Virus record (IMG/VR): IMGVR_UViG_3300025086_000202
Location: 1-26,208 of that record
Source: a virus
Taxonomy: Duplodnaviria > Caudoviricetes
Direction: 5' to 3' (one strand)
Length of the DNA stretch: 26,208 bases
Every line of letters starts with the position of its first letter. The stretch's first letter is position 1. Positions 1-9,022 of the stretch are shown here, in pieces. Made by a program: the position numbers and the translations under genes. The notes below the pieces were generated by a model. That model had not been told where the DNA came from and did no database searches. It was given only the letters and a program-made list of their open reading frames with translations.

Positions 1-731
1 TCTTCACCATGCTTCGCTTTCACTGCACCTTTAGAGATGTTTTCAGAAAACGATTTAGCTTGTTGATAAAGACTTGCGTCAGTAATAGGACCAACTTTAC
101 TTACTTCCCAACCAAACCAAGTGCCTTTGTCATTAGACATTTGAGTAGTCTTTAGTTTGTAAATATGGCTAAAAGATGCCGGTGTATATAAACCGTTTTT
201 ACCTTTTAGTTTTATGCCCGACATCATTGAATTCCATTTTCTACTAATTTTTAATTGAGTAGATTTCATAGAGATCAACGCAGTCGATGGACTGTCTCCA
301 TTTATAATCACAAAATGCGACGCAGTCTTTTCAATATAGTTACCGTTTGGTAGTCTATCTTTATAGTTTGCATCTGCTTTTGTTTTGGACATGATATCAG
401 AAGATGAATCATAGATTGCAACTGGTGCACCTGGTCCGTCTCCTCTATCTTTCCATTCGATGTACTCGAGTTTATAAAATGCAGGAATGACATCTAAGCC
501 TTTCACTCCATCATACAACTCTCCAGTCACGGAATTAAAAATCATTCCGGGTTCTGCACCTTCAACATACTTACCATCACGTTTGTTAACTTCTGGTGAA
601 AGCTGTCCTAGGATTTTAAGAAAAGGTAAGGCAAGATCATCTTGACCTATTGAACCCAAACCTTTTGCTGCGTCTTCTTCAAACATGTTAGCTGGAAGAG
701 GAGCAGACTTTTTTTCTGTTACTTCATTCAT
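1..731 (-). CDS. Phage replication-module protein, putative ssDNA-binding/annealing protein (runs off left edge, missing from ORF track)
   Basis: Manual translation from ATG at 731: MNEVTEKKSAPLPANMFEEDAAKGLGSIGQDDLALPFLKILGQLSPEV...GAEPGMIFNSVTGELY...SMKSTQLKISRKWNSMM...SNDKGTWFGWEV. Open to the window edge, AAGGA upstream. Function inferred from resemblance to phage SSB-like proteins. Confidence 0.7.
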   Translation of the reverse strand, partial: MNEVTEKKSAPLPANMFEEDAAKGLGSIGQDDLALPFLKILGQLSPEVNKRDGKYVEGAEPGMIFNSVTGELYDGVKGLDVIPAFYKLEYIEWKDRGDGPGAPVAIYDSSSDIMSKTKADANYKDRLPNGNYIEKTASHFVIINGDSPSTALISMKSTQLKISRKWNSMMSGIKLKGKNGLYTPASFSHIYKLKTTQMSNDKGTWFGWEVSKVGPITDASLYQQAKSFSENISKGAVKAKHGE

Positions 732-733
732 GG

Positions 734-1285
734 TTATTTATTCCTTGTTATTTTTGTTCTGTTGCTCGTGAACAGGTTAAATAAGTCAGAAGGCATATCG
801 AGTCCAGCCTCAACACGCTCTCTGACTAGTGCTTTAAGTGTCATTGGTTCAACCTTTAGTTTCTGGATAGGTTCATACCCTTGACCTTGCGCAAGGACAG
901 CATATTGCTGTGCCTTGTTATCTTCGGAACGTCCAAAAGCAACGGTTACCTCATTTTTGATAAGGTCACCCAGTCCGTTCTCACGAAGCCATTCGTATGC
1001 TTCTTCCTTTTTATCTGCAGGTATAGAAGCACCGTAGACAGGTTTAACTTCTACTGAAGTCCCGTCTGATAATTTTAATGTAGAGATATTCATTTCTTGC
1101 ATCATAGTAGGTATTACCTCTGATGATACTAATTCTACTTTTCTTTTCATCTCTTTGTATTCTTGTTCTTTAACTAAAAGCTCTGCTTCTAGTTCTTGTA
1201 GTCTCACTACTTGCTGAGAAAGTTTTTTGGCATCATTAGCACCATCCAACTCTTCTCTTTTTTCTTGTTCAAAGTCAATCGACAT
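734..1285 (-). CDS. Conserved phage protein with N-terminal coiled coil (replication/recombination module)
   Basis: 183 aa, AAGGAG RBS, coiled coil at about aa 20-55 followed by EEAYEWLRENGLGDLIKN and VEPMTLKALVRE. Function uncertain. Confidence 0.7.
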   Translation of the reverse strand: MSIDFEQEKREELDGANDAKKLSQQVVRLQELEAELLVKEQEYKEMKRKVELVSSEVIPTMMQEMNISTLKLSDGTSVEVKPVYGASIPADKKEEAYEWLRENGLGDLIKNEVTVAFGRSEDNKAQQYAVLAQGQGYEPIQKLKVEPMTLKALVRERVEAGLDMPSDLFNLFTSNRTKITRNK

Positions 1286-1637
1286 TGATTTCTCCTTTCT
1301 CGTATAAGTTAATTTTTAAAGGGTAGTAAACTCTTTCTTGTCTATCCCATTTCAACAAATTAAATTTGCCGTTAGTAATATCAGAAACAATAGAACATGC
1401 AATTCCAATTATAGCAGGATCACCTGTTAATAATAAATAGTCCTCTGGAGTATAGTCCTTTAAAAGTTTTTTTAATTTAAAAACTAATGGTCCAGGAGAA
1501 AATATTATTTGAGAAAATTCTGGTAATAAAAAATGAAAGTCACCATACTCTCTTGCACTCATAATATTTATTTTAGGAGTGCCGGCTTTGGTTCCAGGCA
1601 ATTCTTGTATTACGTAAACTTTTCTTCTTTCTAACAT
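1275..1637 (-). CDS. Small alpha/beta phage protein of unknown function (start corrected to ATG at 1637)
   Basis: ORF track starts at a TTG at 1643; the ATG at 1637 gives MLERRKVYVIQE...DYLLLTGDPAIIG...LLKWDRQERVYY. Overlaps the next gene by 11 nt. Confidence 0.7.
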   Translation of the reverse strand: MLERRKVYVIQELPGTKAGTPKINIMSAREYGDFHFLLPEFSQIIFSPGPLVFKLKKLLKDYTPEDYLLLTGDPAIIGIACSIVSDITNGKFNLLKWDRQERVYYPLKINLYEKGEINVD

Positions 1638-1673
1638 TGACAAACAATATAGGATGTTCTATATAGATGTCAA
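1637..1673. promoter_or_regulatory. Overlapping divergent sigma70-type promoters with dyad symmetry
   Basis: Plus strand: TTGACA(1637-1642)-17 nt-TATATA(1660-1665). Minus strand: TTGACA(1673-1668)-16 nt-TATATT(1651-1646). Lies at the only divergent gene junction. Confidence 0.7.
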
Positions 1674-1691
1674 CTAGAAAGAATAAAAAAT

Positions 1692-3125
1692 ATGAGATAT
1701 AAATTTAAGACAGAGCCTTACGCTCACCAGTTAAAAGCATTAGAGTTATCATGGGATAAATCTTACTTTGCTTATTTTATGGAAATGGGTACCGGTAAAT
1801 CAAAAGTGTTAATTGATAACATTGCTATGTTGTATGACACTGGAAAAATAAATGGTGTTCTAATTGTGGCACCAAAAGGTGTATATAAAAACTGGTATGA
1901 TGGTGAAATACCTGACCACCTACCTGATCACATAGACCATACTTCTGTATTATGGCAATCTATGATTAATAAAAAACAACAGACAGAATTAGATAAACTA
2001 TTTGCACCTGGAGAAGATCTTCATATTTTAATTATGAATGTAGAAGCCTTCTCTACTAAAAAAGGTGTAGAGTTTGCAGCTAAGTTTTTAAGATGCCATA
2101 GAACTATGATGGCCATTGATGAGTCTACTACAATTAAAAACCCAGACGCAAAACGTACTAAACATATTTGTACACTAGGTGAGTATGCAGGATATAAAAG
2201 AATATTAACAGGATCTCCTGTAACTAAATCACCATTAGATTTATATAAACAATGTGAGTTTCTTAAAAAAGAATTATTAGGTCACTCTTCTTATTATACA
2301 TTTAGAACAAGATATGCTGTTATGAAAACAGCAAACTTTGGTGGTAGGTCAGTACAAATTGTAACTGGCTATCAACATTTACCAGAACTATCAGAAAAAT
2401 TAAAATCTTTTTCATACCGTGTCTTGAAAGAAGATTGTTTAGATTTACCTGCTAAAACATTTGTAAAACGTTTAGTTACTTTAACACCTGATCAAAAGAA
2501 ACTTTATCTACAAATGAAAAATTTAGCACTTGCTCAAATGGATGGTAAGATGATGACAACCTCTACAGTAATGACGCAATTAATGCGACTACAACAAATA
2601 ACTTGTGGTCACTTTACAGCTGATGATGGGACTATAAAAGATCTAGACTCAAACAGATTGTCAGAGCTTATGAATGTATTAGAAGAAGTAGAAGGTAAAG
2701 TTGTTATATGGGCTCATTGGCAACGTGATGTACATAGGATTATCCAGGAGATACATAAAAAATATGGCGAAAATAGTTTTGTAGATTACTATGGATTAAC
2801 TCCAATGAGTGAGCGTCAAACCAATATCAATAAGTTTCAAGATCCAAACTCACCGGTCAGATTTTTTGTAGGAACTACTCAGACAGGTGGTTATGGAATT
2901 ACATTAACTGCTGCATCTACTATGGTATATTATTCTAATGGCTATGATCTTGAAAAAAGACAACAATCAGAAGCTAGAATAGATCGTATTGGTCAAAACT
3001 TTCCGATGACTTATATAGATATTTATTGTGAAGATACCGTTGATGCTAGAATTGTAAAAGCTCTTAAGAAAAAAGTAAACATTGCTAGTCAAATTATGGG
3101 CGAAGAATTAAAAGCTTGGATCTAA
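1692..3125 (+). CDS. SNF2-family (SF2) DNA helicase/ATPase
   Basis: Q motif PYAHQ, Walker A MEMGTGKS, motif Ia LIVAPK, motif II IDEST, motif III LTGSP, QLMRLQQI, motif V GGYGITLT, motif VI QSEARIDRIGQ. Confidence 0.93.
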   Translation: MRYKFKTEPYAHQLKALELSWDKSYFAYFMEMGTGKSKVLIDNIAMLYDTGKINGVLIVAPKGVYKNWYDGEIPDHLPDHIDHTSVLWQSMINKKQQTELDKLFAPGEDLHILIMNVEAFSTKKGVEFAAKFLRCHRTMMAIDESTTIKNPDAKRTKHICTLGEYAGYKRILTGSPVTKSPLDLYKQCEFLKKELLGHSSYYTFRTRYAVMKTANFGGRSVQIVTGYQHLPELSEKLKSFSYRVLKEDCLDLPAKTFVKRLVTLTPDQKKLYLQMKNLALAQMDGKMMTTSTVMTQLMRLQQITCGHFTADDGTIKDLDSNRLSELMNVLEEVEGKVVIWAHWQRDVHRIIQEIHKKYGENSFVDYYGLTPMSERQTNINKFQDPNSPVRFFVGTTQTGGYGITLTAASTMVYYSNGYDLEKRQQSEARIDRIGQNFPMTYIDIYCEDTVDARIVKALKKKVNIASQIMGEELKAWI

Positions 3126-3598
3126 ACCAAATCTTTTGCTTTTCCCATTACAGGTTTGTATTTAGTTTTACCTTCAGATCTATAAGCGTGTAAGAAAGAT
3201 GCACGTCTACCTTCCGGTATCCAGCTGCAGTGGATCCAGCCCGAGTTAGGTTCGCCGGGCGTGTAGTATTCGAGAATCAATTGATCTGGTTCAAGATTAT
3301 TTTTAATCCAATCAAAAAGTTCAGCGTTGTCGACGCCAACACATTCAAAATCCGCCGCCTCAGCTTTCGCATGTTGTGATCTGGCCGAGCTGCCGATGGC
3401 TTCACATAACTCTATGGACCTGTATCCCGATGTTACTTTGACTCTGCCGAAATGGTCACGTACTGGCTGTAAAATATTTTCACATAAACCTTTTAATTTT
3501 TCTACTTGTTCTGCATTAGGATTATTATTAATCCCTTTACGGATTGCTGTATCCGATTTAATTAATTCCTGAAGTGTAAAGTTACGAGATAAGTTCAT
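3122..3598 (-). CDS. Peptidase M15 (Zn D-Ala-D-Ala carboxypeptidase-like) endolysin
   Basis: LSRNFTLQEL, ILQPVRDHFG, SGYRS, SQH-x6-D (SQHAKAEAAD) and WIHCS Zn-ligand motifs of Peptidase_M15_3. Stop codon overlaps the helicase stop. Confidence 0.88.
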   Translation of the reverse strand: MNLSRNFTLQELIKSDTAIRKGINNNPNAEQVEKLKGLCENILQPVRDHFGRVKVTSGYRSIELCEAIGSSARSQHAKAEAADFECVGVDNAELFDWIKNNLEPDQLILEYYTPGEPNSGWIHCSWIPEGRRASFLHAYRSEGKTKYKPVMGKAKDLV

Positions 3599-3786
3599 TA
3601 GTTTGCGATCAAAGCAAAGATAACATAGGCCATACCTGAAATCAATGCACCAGTAGATACCAATAATATACTTTCCACCCTATTTATTTGATTTTCAAGC
3701 TTATGTATCTTGTCATGAGTTTGCTTCTGCATAATTCTGCAAAGCTTTTCATGATCTTCTATTTTTTGTAATGCGTTTTTTGCCAT
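3598..3786 (-). CDS. Holin-like membrane protein (coiled coil plus C-terminal TM, XhlA-like architecture); start corrected to 3786
   Basis: GAGGA RBS before ATG at 3786. MAKNALQKIEDHEKLCRIMQ coiled coil, then hydrophobic ILLVSTGALISGMAYVIFALIA. TAATG-coupled to the endolysin. Confidence 0.6.
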   Translation of the reverse strand: MAKNALQKIEDHEKLCRIMQKQTHDKIHKLENQINRVESILLVSTGALISGMAYVIFALIAN

Positions 3787-3787
3787 A

Positions 3788-6700
3788 TTATCCTCGCCCA
3801 AACAGTATTTCTAATTTCTGTTGTGTTGTCAAGTTATTAAAATTACCACCTTGTACTTGTGCTGATACAGCTTCTGCATTAATACTAGGTAAATTAAGTG
3901 TTGTAGGACCCAGTGGCGTGTCTTCAAGAATAGGTCGTAATGGGTTTTCAAATACAGGAAACTCAGGTAGTGTTAAACTTACGTCTGAAAATTTACTTTC
4001 TAAATCTGCAATAACGTCGGCAGCTCTGTCATAAGGATTTGAAACCCCCATCTTTTCTGCGTTTTGTTGAAAAGCATTATATACTGCATCAGAAATACTA
4101 TATGGTCTAAATATATTTTCATCGATTGCACTAACTTCTGCACTAGAAATTCTATCTAACGATCCATAAAAATTTTCTTCAGAAATGTTTAATAATCTTG
4201 CTGCATCCATGTCACCTTTTAAAGTTTTCTTTACATCAAACATTGCACGATTAGCATTTATATATGCATCAACAATTTCTGTCGGATCTATTGGTCCACC
4301 TTTTAATGCAACTCTAGTAAATAAACTTCTTGAATCTCTTATACCTTTTTGAAAATTAGCAACTTTAAAATTCATTGCTCTGCCAGGGTTTACATTAACA
4401 GCTCTAAAACCAAACAGTCCTTGAAACTCATCACCAAATTCAAACTCTTGACCATACTCATCAAACTTACCTTTAGTAATTACATCAACAGATTCTATAG
4501 ATCTGTCTAATCTTTTTAATTGATCAACAGAAAAAGGCATTTGTGCTTTTACTAGGTGTGAAAATATTTTACTAGCTTTGTCACCGTCTGTGTCTTCAGG
4601 ATTAAATATTTGAAAACCTTCTCTAGTTCTACCACCTCTTGCAATAATATCTAATACTGCTTCTGTCCAAATAGATTCTGAAATAAATGGTTGACCAAAC
4701 TCTGACATAGCTGTGAACATACCTTTTACAAAATCGTCCATAATACCATCTTGATCTGTTCTACCATCCTGAACGGCGTTAACTACTGATTGTAGTGGTC
4801 TAATTAATGTGTCGTATGCATTAGCATGACTAAAGTCTATGTATTTAAAACTACCGTCTTCTTGTTTTATAGGTAGCAAAGTAGAGTTTTTAGACCATTG
4901 GGCTGCAAACCTACGGATAGCCTCTCTTTCCTCGTCTGTGACGTCGTATAGGGCCTGAAATGCTGCTGTTGTAGCTACTGGTATGGCTGCAACTGTAGTC
5001 GTAAATCCCATTAATCTAGTGTAGCCTATTGCTTCCATAGGTTTTACCACTGTGCCATCAGCTAAAGTTATAGTTTCGTTTATTTCTCTTAATGCTCGTC
5101 TTACAATATTTGTACCTGTTCTAGCTATCTCTGCTGGAAATGATACAAAGTTACCAATAGGTAGTTTTCTTAAACCTTTTACAAAATCAGATACATAATC
5201 GTAATTAGGTATATTGTTTCTTACAATGTCAGCTGCTTCTTCTTTTAAAAATTTTTCATCAAGTCTTACGTCAACACCATTACGTTTAAAAAACTGTCCT
5301 CTTGTTACACCAATCTTTTCGTATGCTTTTTCTAATCTAGATTTTTCTACAGCCCAAGAATATATTTTCCAAAAGTCATCTTCAGCTGTATATAAATCTT
5401 GTGATACAGATTTTAATTTTGATAAAGGTTTTAATAATAATCTCATACCTTTGTCAGATGTCATAGTCTCACCAAAGTTTACATCTTGTAATAGTCTTGA
5501 TAGATCTCCAAGTCTTACGTTTGAGTTTACAACACCTAATTCTAATAGTTCTTGATATAAATCATTTTGTTGCCTTGTGCCTTTAAGTGGTGTTTGTAAT
5601 GCTTGATAAGCTTGTTTAATTGCTTGTCCATCTATCGCTGGTATAATACCATTTGCAGCTGCAAACGCACCTGCACTTACAAAGTTTCTTAAGTGTGTTA
5701 CTGGTGATAAAATTGTTTTAGCAATCTGTGATGTGGCTTTAGGATACAACACTAAACTTTCATATAGTCTACCTAATATACCTGAGCTTTGTGTGTTTAA
5801 AGATGTAGCTTTCATAGCTTCAGCAACACCTGGTCTTGCAAAGAAAGGTTTTGCAATATCACCAAACGGATTACTTGCACCCGATGCAATGTTTACGTTT
5901 AAAGTTTGTGCAGGATCAATTACTTCTATTCTTTGAAAGTCATCACCAAAGAAAGCTCTTGCCTCTGCTTCTGATCTAGCAAACATAGGTTGTGGAACAG
6001 TAGTTTTATCTGTAGCATTTCTAAAGTTAGCAACAACTTCATCATTCTTTTTAATTAAATCATCATAAAATAAATTACGTCTTGTAATTAAAGATAACTT
6101 AGCCATACCACCTATCATTGTTTGCATAGGATTTTTTTGTTTACCAAACAAATCATCAAATACTTTTCTATCTGCTTCCGATGCAACATCTCTAATTGAT
6201 ATTCTAGGTACACCACCTCTTTTAACTGCATCATCTAATGCAGTTCTGTTTACAAAAAAGTCTGGTATGTTAAATAGTGCGTCAGAAGGTTTGTCCATTC
6301 TTAAACCTTTTGGTAATCCAGAAGTTTTTAATACGTTGTTTACAATTTGCTCTGCTTCTAGATCTGTAAGATCTTTACCTGCTTCTTTTGCACTTGCCCT
6401 AAATAAATCTTTAGCATTAGTTATTGCTTCTGCTGAAGGCTTATATCTCATCCATGGTAAAATACTTTTATCTTGAAAAATGTCGTATGTAGAACCAAGG
6501 TAGTTTTTAAACTTACCACCAAATAATTGTTTAAAAGATTGTATGTCTTGTGCATCTAGTGACCCACCAAGTTTAGAAAATAACGCAGACCATTTACTTC
6601 TCATAACAGATAGACCACCAAGAATAGATTTTTCTAATTCTTCTGCGGCTTGTGGGTTAGGTGCAAATTTTCTAATGCCATCTTTAACTCTTTGTTTAGC

Positions 6701-7699
6701 TGCTGCATCTATCTCTCCAAAAGCTGCAACACCATCATCACCAAGTCTTGCTTCTCCTGATAACAACGCATCGTTTACATCACCTAAAAATTTTGTTCTT
6801 TCTTTTGCAGATTGTTTGTTAAATACAGTACGCATAGGTGGAAATAATTTATCTATATCTACATCAAGTTCTCTTGATAAGTTTCTTGCAACGTTTGCAT
6901 CAGCTGCTTGTGCTCCAATAGATTGTCTTTCTATATCAAAAAACTCTTGAGTCTTACCGCTACGTGCTCTAAATTTTTCTGCAACTTTATCAATCCATCT
7001 ATCCAAAGAAGAATTAGCTGTGTCTAATCCCTTGTTTCTGTTTGTTATTTTTTTAATAACTGCACCTGTACCACCTAGGATACCTGTAAATAATGCACCC
7101 TCTGTACCAAATTTAATTCTGTTTAATATCTCTCTTGTTGCATCTGGGTCCGTATCGCTTCTATCTATTTTAGTTGGGCCACCAATAAGATCACCAAACG
7201 TACCAATAGCTTCTGCATCACCAACAAATACACCTTCTGCTAAACCACCACCCAATGCACCAGCAACAAATTGTCTACCTTTACCTTTAGCTGTAAGTTC
7301 TAATGCTTCATCAGCTGCATTAATTAAATTTTTATTTCCTAGTCTAACGTATTTATTATTCTTAGCTGCAAGCATAGCAGCTTTAGATAAACCTGATGCA
7401 CTTTTAAATGCAATACCACCAGGGATACCTATGTTTACTAATGCTTCTGTAATTTTACCGGCAGCTGTTGCTTCTGCTTTTTCATCAAACTCTGTAAGGT
7501 CATCAAAGAATGCTTCAACTCTAGCTGCTTTACCGCTGTTAACACCAAGGTCCATAAGACTTGCACCTAAAGAAAAGAAACCTTTTGGTATAGCAATTAA
7601 ACCTGACGCTACACCAGCTAGCATAGATTCAAATGTACCTACTTTGTTGTTAGATTCTGTTTGGTTTACGTATGCTGAATAATCAAAATTAGATGCCAT
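3788..7699 (-). CDS. Large internal virion/ejection protein (gp16-like position)
   Basis: 1303 aa, largely helical, Gly/Ala hydrophobic N-terminal segments, C-terminal half with PNYDYVS...PIGNFVSFPAEIAR and YIDFSHANAYD. Last gene of the ejection cluster. Confidence 0.65.
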   Translation of the reverse strand: MASNFDYSAYVNQTESNNKVGTFESMLAGVASGLIAIPKGFFSLGASLMDLGVNSGKAARVEAFFDDLTEFDEKAEATAAGKITEALVNIGIPGGIAFKSASGLSKAAMLAAKNNKYVRLGNKNLINAADEALELTAKGKGRQFVAGALGGGLAEGVFVGDAEAIGTFGDLIGGPTKIDRSDTDPDATREILNRIKFGTEGALFTGILGGTGAVIKKITNRNKGLDTANSSLDRWIDKVAEKFRARSGKTQEFFDIERQSIGAQAADANVARNLSRELDVDIDKLFPPMRTVFNKQSAKERTKFLGDVNDALLSGEARLGDDGVAAFGEIDAAAKQRVKDGIRKFAPNPQAAEELEKSILGGLSVMRSKWSALFSKLGGSLDAQDIQSFKQLFGGKFKNYLGSTYDIFQDKSILPWMRYKPSAEAITNAKDLFRASAKEAGKDLTDLEAEQIVNNVLKTSGLPKGLRMDKPSDALFNIPDFFVNRTALDDAVKRGGVPRISIRDVASEADRKVFDDLFGKQKNPMQTMIGGMAKLSLITRRNLFYDDLIKKNDEVVANFRNATDKTTVPQPMFARSEAEARAFFGDDFQRIEVIDPAQTLNVNIASGASNPFGDIAKPFFARPGVAEAMKATSLNTQSSGILGRLYESLVLYPKATSQIAKTILSPVTHLRNFVSAGAFAAANGIIPAIDGQAIKQAYQALQTPLKGTRQQNDLYQELLELGVVNSNVRLGDLSRLLQDVNFGETMTSDKGMRLLLKPLSKLKSVSQDLYTAEDDFWKIYSWAVEKSRLEKAYEKIGVTRGQFFKRNGVDVRLDEKFLKEEAADIVRNNIPNYDYVSDFVKGLRKLPIGNFVSFPAEIARTGTNIVRRALREINETITLADGTVVKPMEAIGYTRLMGFTTTVAAIPVATTAAFQALYDVTDEEREAIRRFAAQWSKNSTLLPIKQEDGSFKYIDFSHANAYDTLIRPLQSVVNAVQDGRTDQDGIMDDFVKGMFTAMSEFGQPFISESIWTEAVLDIIARGGRTREGFQIFNPEDTDGDKASKIFSHLVKAQMPFSVDQLKRLDRSIESVDVITKGKFDEYGQEFEFGDEFQGLFGFRAVNVNPGRAMNFKVANFQKGIRDSRSLFTRVALKGGPIDPTEIVDAYINANRAMFDVKKTLKGDMDAARLLNISEENFYGSLDRISSAEVSAIDENIFRPYSISDAVYNAFQQNAEKMGVSNPYDRAADVIADLESKFSDVSLTLPEFPVFENPLRPILEDTPLGPTTLNLPSINAEAVSAQVQGGNFNNLTTQQKLEILFGRG

Positions 7700-7705
7700 G
7701 AGTTA

Positions 7706-9016
7706 TTACTCCACAGCTATGACTACGTTATCTTTAATTTTTACGATTTTATCACCTACTGTATAGGTTCCATCAGGTACATCTTTGTCTTTAATTGTTG
7801 CGTTAGTCCATTCTGTAACAATTGTAACTTCGTCAACTGCACCACTCTTCTCTTTTATGTCTGCTTTAATTTCATTAAAATCAGATTTAGTAATAATATT
7901 TCCTCTAAAAGTATTTCCTGTATTTTCTGAATATTCTGCAGCTGCTAGGTCTATACCACTTTGTCCTTTATTATCTTTTCCATAACCAGCTTTTAAAGTA
8001 TTGAAACTAGGGTTTAATTTTGCTTCGCTCTCTGCTATTTTAGCTCTTTTATAGTCTGCATCTAACTTAGTATTTGGATCAGACGCTTTAATATCTTTTT
8101 CAATCTCACCTTTAAGTATAAGTGTATCAATTGCTTCTTTAGTTCTAGATGGTTTATCAAATGCTTTGCTAGTTGATTGTATTATTTTATTAATTAAACT
8201 ACCAGACTTAAGATCTTTTTTGAAATCACCAGACTCATTAATAGCTTGGCTGGCTGCAATCAAAGAATCATACGCAGCGGTTTTGTTCATACCTTTAATG
8301 TCCATGATGTCTCTGTATCTTTGAACATTTTTCTTACGTAATTCTTCTTTAGACAATGTTGGTTTTGAATCAGGTAATGGTTTTCTTGGATCTCCTATCA
8401 TTGCTTCGTCACCAGTAAACTGCCTGCCTTGACCTTCTAATAATTCAGCTGCATTAGGTGGTGGTGGAACTTCTTTACCATCTTTAAAAAATTTACCGCC
8501 GACATATATTAAACCTCCTCCAACTGTTAATGGAGATGAAGCTAAATATTTAGCGCCTTTGTAAGTACCTCTTCCAATTTTACCGGCAATTCCTGTGCTG
8601 CCTGCAATTAATCTACCTTCTGGTGAATCTATAAAATATTTTGCAACTTTGTTAGGTTCAAAAACTTGTTTAACAGGAGTAAAAGGAGCTGTATTTTTTG
8701 AAGCGGCTAGTTTTGTACCAACATCTTTTACAAATTTTCTACTTCCAAATAAACCTTGAAGAGCTCTAGCACCTCTGATTGCAAGAGGAGCTAATCTTGC
8801 CAGTCCCATACCTGCACCAATAACAGCAGGTACAACGTGGTTTGTTCTACCATCTGGTCCTTTAGGATAAATTGGGTTACCTACAAGCGCTACTCTACTT
8901 GGTCCTTCGTTATTAGCCATAGACCCACCATCTTTTTTTGGTTCCCTGATGCCTGACATAACACCCTCTTTGATAGGGCCGCCGTATCTAAACATTGGTC
9001 TGTTCAATGGTTTCAT
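7706..9016 (-). CDS. Putative internal virion/ejection protein
   Basis: 436 aa, N-terminal RPMFRYGGPI and KKDGGSM motifs, hydrophobic stretches (VVPAVIGAGMGLARLAPLAI, PLTVGGGLIYVGG), Lys-rich helical remainder. Confidence 0.55.
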   Translation of the reverse strand: MKPLNRPMFRYGGPIKEGVMSGIREPKKDGGSMANNEGPSRVALVGNPIYPKGPDGRTNHVVPAVIGAGMGLARLAPLAIRGARALQGLFGSRKFVKDVGTKLAASKNTAPFTPVKQVFEPNKVAKYFIDSPEGRLIAGSTGIAGKIGRGTYKGAKYLASSPLTVGGGLIYVGGKFFKDGKEVPPPPNAAELLEGQGRQFTGDEAMIGDPRKPLPDSKPTLSKEELRKKNVQRYRDIMDIKGMNKTAAYDSLIAASQAINESGDFKKDLKSGSLINKIIQSTSKAFDKPSRTKEAIDTLILKGEIEKDIKASDPNTKLDADYKRAKIAESEAKLNPSFNTLKAGYGKDNKGQSGIDLAAAEYSENTGNTFRGNIITKSDFNEIKADIKEKSGAVDEVTIVTEWTNATIKDKDVPDGTYTVGDKIVKIKDNVVIAVE

Positions 9017-9022
9017 AATTAC

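Noticed and set aside
308-493. 61-aa minus-strand ORF from the track
   Set aside because: Out-of-frame and nested in the real 1-731 gene.
7700-7708. In-frame read-through fusion of the 436-aa and 1303-aa genes
   Set aside because: In frame but separated by two consecutive TAA stops.
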